From the NCBI GenBank assembly GCA_024626585.2, contig JANKJI020000004.1, positions 57,015,149 to 57,038,703 of the forward strand: a stretch of DNA of 23,555 nt, written 5' to 3'. The position numbers and the translations under genes were made by a program. Under the pieces are notes generated by a model, which was not told the origin of the DNA, searched no databases, and was given only the letters and a program-made list of their open reading frames with translations. This document shows positions 1 to 11,900 of the stretch, piece after piece. The DNA is from Ginkgo biloba. Lineage: Eukaryota; Plantae; Ginkgophyta. How positions within the stretch are numbered: the stretch's first letter is position 1; every line of letters begins with the position of its first letter.

Positions 1-234
1 TTAGAAGGGCTAAAAATAGGTCAAATGGCTAAAACAACCTACCTTAAACCCTAGTACCAACCCTTAAGGGATTGTTTGACAGTTGTGCAAAGAAAATGAA
101 GAGGCACGAGCCTACTTGGTGATCCAACGTCAGACAAGACGCACCTTTGCAAATTGCAAATTAATGCCCATGCAAATTTATGAGTTATGTCCATTCATTT
201 TAGACAAGACGCACTCCTCAAATTAATGCCCACA
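1..234 (-). mobile_element. Probable LTR fragment truncating the gypsy pol remnant
   Basis: The pol-like frame stops abruptly at ...aatgcccaCA (minus strand TGtgggcatt). Non-coding, with an internal duplication (agacaagacgcac at 132 and 202; caaattaatgccca at 157 and 219). Confidence 0.4.
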
Positions 235-235
235 T

Positions 236-1750
236 CTAGTATCCTATGAATCTCCTACACCGCTTGAGCTAACATATTTAGGATTCATCCAATATGGTCC
301 TGACTTCATAAGCTATGTACTTGGGATCAACTTCATCTTGCATTTATGTAGTTCTCACTAGACACCCTTAAGATCATGTATGTCCAGGTGAAAACATCCT
401 TGTAATGTTTAATGTGGATGCTACTAGCAATGGATCCCACAAACTTCCTATAGTTATGTTTCAGGAATTTTTTGTTGCTCTTAGGTTGATGTCCACGTTC
501 ATGCTTCCTTCATGCATGATCTTGTCTTTGCTTGGAAACTCGCGTGCAAGAGTTACCTCCATACTTGCATCTCCATACTTGACTACTAAAAATGTGTAAT
601 GGAAAAAAATTCTACTTAATATTCAGCTTTATCCTTTGCTTGGACTACAACTTTCTCATCTTTATCCTTGTCTTGGGTGGTTTTTAAACATAGATCATCG
701 TCATGCTTGGTCTAGTCAATCTCCACCTAAAAGGAATCGAGAGAAAATATTTTATAATTTCTGAGTTGCGAATACAATAAACAAATATCCAAAAGAGCAT
801 TGATTCATCATCAACACTCTATCTATCCTTTGTCATCTCGAGGAGTGCATCTTCAGATGGTGCATCATCTTCTTGCTTTCCATTTGATCTTGAGCTTAAT
901 GACATCAATTTATCACTAATTATTTTTCTTCTTAGGTCAATGCAAAATACTTTCCTATTTGGTTTGATGGCAAGAGATTTGTAGTTCCAATTTTCTCACT
1001 AATGATTTTTCTTCTTAGGTCAATTCAAAACCTTTTCTTCTTTTGTTTAATGGTGAGAGATTTGTGGTTCCAAGGTTGGATCGCTTGTGCCTATCCCAAC
1101 CATGGTCGTTCGAGAAGTTTCAAATATGTTGTCAATGCAGGGCACATTGGAATCACCACAAAATCAACATTGAATGTTTGATTGGCAATATGATCAACTT
1201 GACCCATTGGCAATCGTTGAGGGTCCACTTTTTTTTAATCCGCTATCTTGAATTTGAATCTTGAACGCCGGAGTGTCGATCAGTCAAATTTCCACCACAT
1301 TGCTTTGGAGATTGCATTAACCTTTCAACGCCCATCAATGATGTGATAGTTCATTATCCATTACTTGATTCGTGATTTTTGTGTCTATTCCTCCTTCATC
1401 TACCATGTGAGAAGCAGGTCTTCATCTTGGACATTATTCACTACATTGTTGTCCTAAATTAACAACCCTATCCTTGCACATTCTGTATTATGGAAGGTCT
1501 TATCAATGTTGAAACTTTCCCCACTCTATCTTATGCTTGTTGTACTGGAGCCTTTTCCATGATTGGATTGTATACAATAAATGTCATCAACTTCACAAGT
1601 GTTTCCAATTGGTCATTAGGTTCCCTCTGTGTTGATGATTACTCAATTTGGCCATCTTTCTTGTCATCTTGCAATGCAATTTCATGTGGTGGTGAATCCT
1701 TTATTTACAATTTCTTAATAGCTTACTAAGTAGCGTCCAATTACTACTTT
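236..1750 (-). mobile_element. Degenerate Ty3/gypsy pol remnant (non-chromovirus, Tat/Athila-like): aspartic protease plus pre-RT region
   Basis: Manual minus-strand translation: HIIDGR*KVNAISK (~1350-1310, decayed DGGS active site); FNVDFVVIP...YLKLLERPWL (~1180-1095); YKDVFTWTY/DLKGV...PYWMNPKY...EIHRIL (~405-238). Many stops and frameshifts. The boundary beyond ~1360 is approximate. Confidence 0.8.
909..1073. repeat. Two-copy tandem duplication, 83-bp period, inside the gypsy remnant
   Basis: tcactaat...tttttcttcttaggtcaat...gagatttgt.gttccaa occurs twice (ttccaa ends at 990 and 1073). Confidence 0.85.
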
Positions 1751-2105
1751 TTCATCGTTGACTCCATTAGTTCTAAGAGAGAGAGAGAGCACTCACGCAT
1801 GCATATACATACATGGATGTGCTTGCATGTATACACACACTTGTCTTTATCTATCCCATTTGAATCTTATAAACATTTCCTCAAGGTTTAATCCAATATG
1901 CTCAACCATTGTGACCCTAGCAAGATGTCAAAACCTATATAACAGGTATAGCATAGAATTGATTTTATAATACGCAATTGCCCATTGCTAATTTAACATT
2001 GTCACATTTTCGTAGACATTTTAGCCATCCTTCATTTTCTACAGGGAATAATATATATTTATAGATTATTCACTATACCTCGAAGACATAGAGATACATA
2101 TTCAC

Positions 2106-2131
2106 ATCTATCTATCTATAGATAGATAGAT
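2106..2131. repeat. Perfect 26-bp palindrome made of (ATCT)n/(AGAT)n microsatellite
   Basis: atctatctatcta followed by tagatagatagat, its exact reverse complement. Confidence 0.9.
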
Positions 2132-2845
2132 ATACATGTGTGCACACACAAAATAAATTAATGAATTTAGTTGAATATTTGGTTTTCTAGTGGAAGATGA
2201 ATTTAATCTCGTTAGGCATGGGGAATATATGTATGTATGTTCAGCGGGGGTGTTGTTCCTTCAATGGAGGTCCTTAGGATTGTTAGTTGCATCTGTTACC
2301 AATGCTATATAACAAATTGATGTTGTTATATTAAGTTGGTTTGGTGACTGTCCCAAATTGATAGTGTTAAGTGCAATTTTTTTCCTAGCATGCAATTTGG
2401 ATCGTAGAAGAATGCATGTAGTAGCAAAAGTGATAAGGAAGGGAACTTAGTTCATTGGTTGCTCATCCTAGGCTAATATTTGTTTAAAGGGAGGGTTTAA
2501 AATGAAAGTGGGTAGAATAAGTAGGGGAGGAAGGACAAGGTTGCGTCCAGTCATGGGGATGTGCCTCTTCCTCCACAATACTAGATTTAGTTAATACTAG
2601 TTAAGTATTAATTACACTCTATAGACTTCATTCTACACTGCAAAATTGCATTTCCAACATCTCAACCTCTTATATTACATTCCAACTATCCATATGTAAT
2701 AATATATGTTAGCATATGTTTATTTGACAACATGATTTGAGCAGCTTAGGGAACAATCAGATAAAAGGACCACACATATGACCTTTTTGGCATACAAACT
2801 TCTTGTTTAAAAGGTTTTCAAATCCATTTTTTCTTGTCTTGACAG

Positions 2846-2953
2846 GGCTTTCACCAAAGTGTTGGTGCTTATTCACGAGAATTCAAAGCAAAGCTTGGAA
2901 GGCACAACTATGTGACCCCAACTTCTTATCTTGAGCTGATTTCCACATTTCAA
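2846..2953 (+). CDS. DNAH7: Dynein heavy chain exon: end of AAA4, just before the stalk ([36 protein letters not shown])
   Basis: Absent from the ORF track. Acceptor ttcttgtcttgacAG, 108 nt open, donor GTgagt at 2954. Contains the conserved R[13 protein letters not shown] motif. Confidence 0.92.
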
Positions 2954-5900
2954 GTGAGTTTCATATGCTAGAACTTNNNNNNNNNNNNNNNNNNNNNNNN
3001 NNNNNNNNNNNNNNNNNNNNNNNNNNNNNNNNNNNNNNNNNNNNNNNNNNNNNNNNNNNNNNNNNNNNNNNNNNNNTTGTTGGTTATAATTTTTATGCTA
3101 AAAGTTTTATATTTTATTCCTTGGAGTTTGAATGACATAAAATCTTTGTTATGTTTTATTCCATTAATCTCTAGGATCTGGGACACTTGCTGTGATTTAT
3201 AGAATAGTAGACAGCAATGTTCAGTAGGACATGTTCCAACAGACAACAAAGAGTCCTCTATACTTAAGATGGTCGTACATATGGATTAAAGGTGAATAAC
3301 TATATGGTAGAACGTGAAAGCTTTCCTGATTTATCCAACGGAGCATGTTCATATGTGGATTGCTTACAAGCCCTTAAAATCATTTAACCATAAAGGGACC
3401 TGCTAACATCTTGTGGAGATATTAAATCATGGGTTGGTGTAAGTGGAAGGGATTTCATATCTGACTGAGTATTGGGAAACAAAATTTGTTCACCCACAAA
3501 AGGGTTTAAGAGCAGTCCATAAAATAATATCTTGTCCAATTATACATTTGTTCTACCTTGCCCTTATTGCCTGATTACCCAAATGGATCATGTCCACACA
3601 TGGATTGCTTTCAAACCTTGAAAATCATGTAATACCATGAAGGGGCATGATANNNNNNNNNNCTTGGGGAGATATTGACTTCTGGCTCTGTGTAGGTGTA
3701 AGAGGATTCATGTCTGATTATGGAAAAGCAAAATTTGTGTGTCCACAAAAGGGATCAAGAGCATTCCACGAAATAATGGCTTGTTGAACTATAGGTTTTT
3801 CTACCTTGCTAGTATTGATGGATAGCGTTGTTTATGTGCATTGCTTAAGGTTCATAGTTCAGAGTTTGCTGGTGAAGGCCAGGTTAGCAGTGGATAGAGA
3901 AATCCAACCACTAGTGCTGGTTTGGTGGTTGGCAACTCATGGTGTCCAACTAGAGAATTGTATTAATTAATCAGCAATGACTGTATTCTGCTTATGAGCT
4001 TAAAGTCATTCAATGAAGTAACTTACTTTTATATTACACGTGCATTTGTGTAATATCTAAAAAATGTTGAGGTCACGTCATTAAAACAGGAACACAACTG
4101 CCATCTATGGACAAGAGAAAACAAGGACTGCAGCCAGTATATTCAACCATAAGGTATGATCTATAGAAGATGATCAATCTCAAGAATTCAAAGATTTGAA
4201 TAGAAATCTCCATGCCCCACCAAATCAAATGCCTCAGGTAGATCAATATCAGTTCATTGGAGAAGATTAATGGACTTGAAAAATGACTTTAGCCTAGGTA
4301 CTATGGATTCCCCTTCCAATGGGGGATACAATAACTCAGGATCTACCTGATGGAATAATTAATGTTTAGTCACCTTCCTTATGTTTATTCATTGTATTTA
4401 ATGTANNNNNNNNNNNNNNNNNNNNNNNNNNNNNNNNNNNNNNNNNNNNNNNNNNNNNNNNNNNNNNNNNNNNNNNNNNNNNNNNNNNNNNNNNNNNNNN
4501 NNNNNTTAGAATTCAAACCTATAAATATGGTCTTCATGAGAATCTCTCGTGAGATGGAGAGACAAATTTGTATTGAAGTTATTATTTAATATAATAGTTC
4601 TTCTTCATTTGTTTCTTACTAATGAGGCTCTAATACCAATTGATATGATGTGGAGGTAGTTCCCAAGGACAGGACCTTGAGTATGCCAAAAGCATATGAT
4701 CTCCAGATAACTTAGTGTCGCCTTTCTATATTAAAAATAATAAATTGTATCTACCAAAAAAATCCAAATTATAATACATGTTAAGAGATAAAAGTGATAA
4801 ATAAGTAATGTCTAATAGGGCTATAATGATCAATAATCATCTAACTTCACTACACCATGGGAAAGGGATTTAATACTTGGTCAAATAAAATCCTAATTAT
4901 ACTAGTTAATCATAAATTTCCAAGAGAAAATAAAATTACTTTAGAGGACCATTATTGCTTCATTTCCATTTATTTATTACTAAGTTAGGAGCTCTTTAGT
5001 AACCACTTGATGTGTTAAAATTGAATTGTTCTCTCTAATTAACCCTTTAAAGGAGGCGCCCTTGGTTGAGATAACTTGTTGTCCCTCTCTTTCACAATTT
5101 TCTCTCTCTTAATTACCCCATCATAAGATTCAACCAACATCTATAATATAATTGGTTGTGCATCATCATTAAGCTTAGTTTTGGAAACATCCTATAAGGC
5201 TACACTCCAAAACTTCCTTAAGGCCTTCCTTGGCCCACTCCTCAAGGCTAACTTGGCAGTAGTCTGAGCTGTAACATTTTCAAAGAACAATTATAAAACC
5301 ATTCATTGGTGCCAGTAGGTCCTGACAGTTGTTTCAAAGCAGCTTCCAGTTATTTTTCATCTCTGCTTCAGCTTTTGTGAGTAATCTATGTGCCATTGCT
5401 CTCCATTCTTCAGTTATTTATATTGCTTTCTTTTTCACTATTTCGTAAGGATTGTACCAAGTTTTATTTAAGAAATACTATAGAAAAAGAAATCCTTCCT
5501 TTTTCTTCACATTTTTGTTGAGTTGTCAGTGAATGGTTGTTGGTCTGAAGCTTTTTCTTGTGTTGGTCTCCGTTCCAAATTTGTATTTGAAGAAAGAGAG
5601 ATTACAATATAAGCTTGTCAATGTGCACAAGGGTTTCTACCGCTGAAATTATAATTATGCATCCTATTGACTGAAGCCTTCATTTAGACATGATGTGAAT
5701 AGAAAGTGTAGAAGCAAGTAGTGTTGATTTATTGTCCTTAATGCTGACGTAGATGCTCCTGAGATTGCCTGGTATTCAATTTGTATAGCCTCAGTTCTTT
5801 CCTAATTNNNNNNNNNNNNNNNNNNNNNNNNNNNNNNNNNNNNNNNNNNNNNNNNNNNNNNNNNNNNNNNNNNNNNNNNNNNNNNNNNNNNNNNNNNNNN

Positions 5901-8900
5901 NNNNNNNGCATGCATCTAGTCTGGGTCCCATTGAAAAGGGACCTTGCTCTTTGTGAGAATCCCACCAACATGCTTTTTGTTAAAGATTTGGTAGATTGTA
6001 TACTATCGTCGCTCTTACATCTTTCCACCTCATTGGTGGGATCTTGTTCTGATCTGGGCAATATGTCTTGTTTCTTATAGGCACTATCCCAAACTGGTCT
6101 TTCTGTGTTTGTTGTTGTTCTTCAGGATCGAAATCATCGATATAGGATTGCATCCACCTCTTGAGAAGTATTTATGACTTCTTGTCTCTGAATTTCTTCT
6201 AGAAGCATTCATTGAGTTCTTTTTCTTTCCCCTCTTGTTGGAAATTCCTTCCTCTCCATACATTCTTTGCAGTTGCTCCCCAGTACCTTTTGTTGTTGTA
6301 ATTCTGGCTTAACTGTTGCTTTTGCTACTTCAATCGATTCTGACTCATTTCCCTGAGATTATACTTGTAAGTTATTTCTGAAATACTGTTTAAGACATTC
6401 CTTGAGCTATTTTTCTTCCCTATGGGAAGTTATTTTCTCTTCATCCATTTTTTGCAGTGTCCCTCAAGTGTACCTTTCATTCTTACAATTCTGACCTAGG
6501 TATTGCTTCTTACAGTTCTATCTCTCCCTTCCCTGTGGATTTCTGATTGTGTCAAAAGAAGTTTTATTCCCTCTTATCCCATTCCCCATTACAATTTTCT
6601 GGGTAGTTGTGGTCTATGGTGGAGTTCTTTGGCCTAAATGCAGCCTGCCCATTCTCTTTGCTCAAGTAGTTCTTCCCACTTGCCGGTTTCCTGCTTCACT
6701 GAGCTTCTCAACAGTGTTGCTACAATGGACTGAAAGGATTTCTTTTTAACATCCATGGGGGCAAGTAAAATGTGTTGTGAGTTATAACACAGAAGTTTTC
6801 TCTAGAATAAACAATATATTTGATCATTTACAGCTGAACTCATATTAAAACATAAGATGTTCCTGCAGGTATTTAAGTCTGGTGGGATCATGTGCATAAG
6901 ACTAGGAGATTCAACTATAGAATATAATAGCGACTTCCGTTTTTATATTACCACAAAACTCCGGAATCCACACTACCTGCCAGAAACATCTGTTAAGGTT
7001 GCTCTTCTAAATTTCATGATAACAGAAGAAGGTTTATCAGATCAACTATTGGGAGTGGTGGTTGCAAGAGAACGGCCTGATTTGGAACAACAGAAGAATG
7101 AACTTGTGGTGCAGGTATACCATACGACATTTGACTTTGTAATTTGTACAGATGTGTGCACATGCATGCACAGATAAAATTTAATCTGAAATTTATTCTA
7201 GCATCTATTAGGTCAAAAGTAAGCTGTGAGACACGAGCCATCAATCATAGGTCAGTAAGAAAATGATATCAATTTATTAGTCAAATGAGATGACAGAGGC
7301 TTTTAGATTAGAGCATATTTATGGTGTTGTTAACGAGTAAAAGCTTGTTGTGATGTCACTATTAGAGTGCTGAAAACAAGAGAAGGCTTAAGGAACTGGA
7401 AGATGAAATTTTGGAGGTTTTGTCAAGCAGTGAAGGAAATATTCTGGAGGACGAAACAGCGGTTAAGATTATATCCGAGGCTAAAGTTGTTGGGAGTGAT
7501 ATATCTGTAAAGCAGGTAAACCTTACTCTAGCTATTAATCTGTTTTCATAATACAATAACCTTCTGCTACAGTTTTTAAGAATCTACTATTAAGCACAGC
7601 TTGGTTCTTTATCATTGTGCACTTTAGGAAAATGCCATGTCAATTTTTCTGTTAGCTCTGCTGGTTATGTTCTTTTTGAAACATGATTTCTAAAATTCAT
7701 GTCACTTTTTTTCAAACATGGTAGGTATAATAATATGTATAAAACTTCTATTTGCACAGACTTTGGCAGAGGTGACTGAAAAAAATATAGATGAAGCTCG
7801 TAAAGGCTACAAACCTTGTGGAGAATATGCAGCAGTTTTATTTTTCTGTATTTCAGACCTTGCAAATGTTGATCCAATGTATCAGTATAGTCTTCCTTGG
7901 TTTTCTTCTCTTTTTGTCACATCTATCACTACAAGTGAAAAGTCCTCTGAATTGGAACATCGTTTGTGCATAATCGAGGAGCATTTTTTGTTGGCTCTTT
8001 ATAACAATGTATGTCGTTCTCTGTTTGAGAAAGACAAACTCCTTTTTTCTTGTCTCCTTGCCTTCCATCTTCTGAAAATGAAGGGAGAAATAAATATCCA
8101 AGAGTGGATGTTTTTCTTGACTGGAGGCATGGGAGCTGCCGGTTCTTCAAATCCTGCACCAGGGTGGCTTGTAGAAAAATCATGGGAAGAGATTAGTCGA
8201 TTGAGCAAACTTTCAGGTTTTGCAGATTTATATTCACATATTTCATCAAATACAGGAGAGTGGAAGGAAATTTATGATTCCTCCGAGTCTTACATAATGC
8301 CATTGCCTGGAAAGTTTAAACAGTTGAGCAGTTTTCAAAAAGTAATAGTCCTTCGCTGTATCAGGCCAGACAAAGTTATACCAGCCATCCAGGATTTTGT
8401 CAATCGGCAACTTGGGCCACAATTTGTTCAACCCCCACCATTCAATCTCCAAGCATGCTACCAGGAGTCTAGTGCGTCCTGTCCCTTGATTTTCGTCCTT
8501 TCTCCTGGAAGTGATCCAACTGCTGCCTTGCTAAAATTTGCAGGTTATTTCCATTCTGTGGCTCCTCACTCTGGTTCTTATTAATGAATTTTCTATATAA
8601 CATGAACATATGCATACAAGAATTATGCTTGCTTCATTCTTGCATATGTTCATAGCCAGTGAATATTAATCAGCAATCACACGGAATATCAGGAAAAGTG
8701 TAAACAAGGATAAATTGAAACTAAATATTTCCAACGCAGCAGTTGATGTTTATGTTTCTCTTTCCACTTTGAATCTTGACAAAGCGATTGAATTGCAGAG
8801 GATAAAGAGATGGCAGATAAGGTCGCACCGGTTTCACTTGGTCAGGGACAAGGTCCCNNNNNNNNNNNNNNNNNNNNNNNNNNNNNNNNNNNNNNNNNNN

Positions 8901-11900
8901 NNNNNNNNNNNNNNNNNNNNNNNNNNNNNNNNNNNNNNNNNNNNNNNNNNNNNNNNNTGAGCACGGTACTCTCTCGAACTTTCCAGAATTAAGCTTCTCT
9001 CCTTGAAAATAGAGTTGGCATATTTTGTGTTGAGGATTTAGTCGCTAGAATTTTTTCCATAGATTCATGTCATAATCTAGATTTTTATTCAGAATGGATA
9101 TTTTGATCTGCCATCCTAGTTTGTCTTTCCAATTTTCATCTATAAGTATATAGCATCTGTTTTTAGTTGAATGCAGGTATATATTCCTAGATATATTTCT
9201 ATTGTTGTTTAATGAGATATGGACTGGGATCTCTTTAAAAAATTTCAAGACAGTGATGCATATGGTTTTACTTGGTCATTTATATTCATTGCATATCCCC
9301 TGTCCATAAGATAATCATCATATCTATATTTCTACAAGATGATGTGTATAGGGAAAACATTCTTCGCATTCCCTGGACAAGGTCATGCACTGTCCAGATA
9401 CCGTTGTAATTTGAAATGTTTTACGTACATACAAGCACTGATATATGCATATTAAAATTTATTCTCATTTTCAAAATATGTTCTGACAATTTTCATCTAA
9501 TGCCTTTTGTAGGTTCATGGGTTCTACTTCAAAATTGTCATCTTGCACCGTCATGGATGTCCGAACTTGAAAAAATATGTGAAAATGTGCCTGCAGATGT
9601 CAATCCAGATTTCCGGCTTTGGATGACATCATATCCAAGCCCCAAATTCCCAATAACTGTCTTGCAGGTTGCTTCCAAATTCCTGTTCTTATATTTTAAA
9701 CCTGATGTCTCATTTTTTTTCTTACACGTGACTTTAAATCACAATCTCCAATGTTACCTCAAAATGCATAGATAGCTTTCTGTAAGAACTAGAGGAAAAA
9801 CAAATGCAGAATCTCAGCATAAGATTATTCCTACACCTGCCATCTGGCAGCAATAGTCATCAACTATGTGTGGAAACAAGCATCAGGAATCTACAATTTG
9901 GAGACAAAATTTCTGTTCTGGTTCTGCATGATCTTCCTTTTAGTCCATTCTCCTATTACACATATCTAAACTGTTAAAATAATGTAGGTCTGTCTTACTA
10001 CCATTCACAAATCTTGTCCAACAAGGGTTGTGCCACATTTGCAACATTACTCGTGTTTCAAAGGCAAAGGCACCTCAATAATTTTGTTTATCGTAGAAGT
10101 GGTATTAATGAGGCAAAACATTGACAAGATCTTAGCATAGTCATCAACATCCCACTTACAAGCCCATATCAAACTTCCAGTTTTATACCAATTCAGCTCT
10201 CCTGGAATTGTATCTATTGATATCTTAAGATAGACTCTGGATGATTTCAAACAAATTAATCATGTGTGCTATTGTTGCTACAATTTGGATGCACAAGGTA
10301 CAAGGCAATGGACAAATCACAATTTTTTTGGATTATAGACCACTTCAATTTACAGATTGCACAAGGTGGAGTTGAGGAAATCCCTTGAGAATTCTACTGT
10401 AGACAAGATTGGTTGTTTAACCATGTAATTCTGAACTAGATAACAGTTAACTGAAAACTAAGCTACAATTCCTTATCCATGTACTCATTTAATAGTTATC
10501 CACAACATTCATCTCTGTAACCATTAATCAAACACAGAACATGAACACATACTATGAATTCATCATAACATCAACAGATCACACAAAGGACACAGTACAC
10601 ATTCTGATTGAAGTGTCATTTCATTACTTCAATTCCAAGACTAATTGTAGAGACAATTGAGAGCATCATAAAGTAACTTGCATCTCACTCAGACCAACCT
10701 ATTATTCATTACAAAGCTCTCACCCATGGTGAATATTTACAATCAACATCTCTTTCTAGTCAGATTTCTCCACCTAATTCACTCTAGAATATTCTCTTTC
10801 AAATTTGAAATATTCATTAAGTAAATATTCTCTTACAACTTTATTCTAAAATAATTTAATTGAATAATAAATGACTGTAAATTAAGTCTTCCATATACAT
10901 CATTTGACTTTGAGATTTTAATTAGTTCCATGCAATCATCTTTATTTCTCTTGCTCTATGATCGACTTAAATTTTGTTTATGTGGATGCACTAGGCTTGG
11001 ACCTTACACACTCTATAAGTTCATTGACTTAAATTTTGTTTATGTGGATTCTATAATTTCAATATATCAATTTGTAAAATATATGTTCTTCTTGATCTCA
11101 TCTATCCTTTCTATTACAATTTGTATGCCTACAGTTGATATTAAAAATTCTAGCCTTAATGGTTCTAAAACTAGTTTGTTAATATATTTTAGCTCTNNNN
11201 NNNNNNNNNNNNNNNNNNNNNNNNNNNNNNNNNNNNNNNTTGTTTGTCCTATGATGAATTATCCTTCACATCTTCTATCTTTTCCTCTCCCTTACTATCA
11301 TTAATAAAAATTAGATTATTGTTGACCATCTATTTATATCTATGTTCTAAAACTGAGATGGTCTCTTGTACTAAAAACATTTTTTGAAGAAATGAGAAAA
11401 ATTCACATTCCTTGACTTCTACTTGGTAATACATTAAATTCTATTCAATTTGGCTTCAATTATATCTTTTTATTTAAATTTCTTAGCATATTCAAGATTA
11501 GAAAAAATGGAAATTAAGTCCTNNNNNNNNNNNNNNNNNNNNNNNNNNNNNNNNNNNNNNNNNNNNNNNNNNNNNNNNNNNNNNNNNNNNNNNNNNNNNN
11601 NNNNNNNNNNNNNNNNNNNNNNTAAGACCTTCTCACAGGCCAAGGAGAACTACAACACATATGACAAGGAATTATATTCCCTTGTCTAGGCCTTAAATAA
11701 CTAGAGACACTTTATCTTGGGCAAAGAGACAATCGTGCACACCTATCACCAGCCTCTCCAGTCTCTTCACCAATAGTCTCAGATCCATGAGCATTGGCAT
11801 ATGAAATGGGCCTCCTACTTGCAGCAATTTCACCTGGTTATCANNNNNNNNNNNNNNNNNNNNNNNNNNNNNNNNCAAGTTGCTAACTTCCTCAGTGGAC

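Noticed and set aside
2241-2260. PPT plus LTR start (gcggggg-TGTTG)
   Set aside because: Purine tract too short, with no adjacent pol remnant or matching LTR.
3863-3970. Possible next dynein exon after ttcAG ([15 protein letters not shown]…), superficially continuing STFQ
   Set aside because: Lacks the expected RY..GL.KL of stalk CC1, has a poor polypyrimidine tract and hits a stop after 35 codons.
7665-8452. Several overlapping short ORFs on the minus strand and alternate frames
   Set aside because: Shadows of the dynein exon 7760-8543 with no recognisable motifs.
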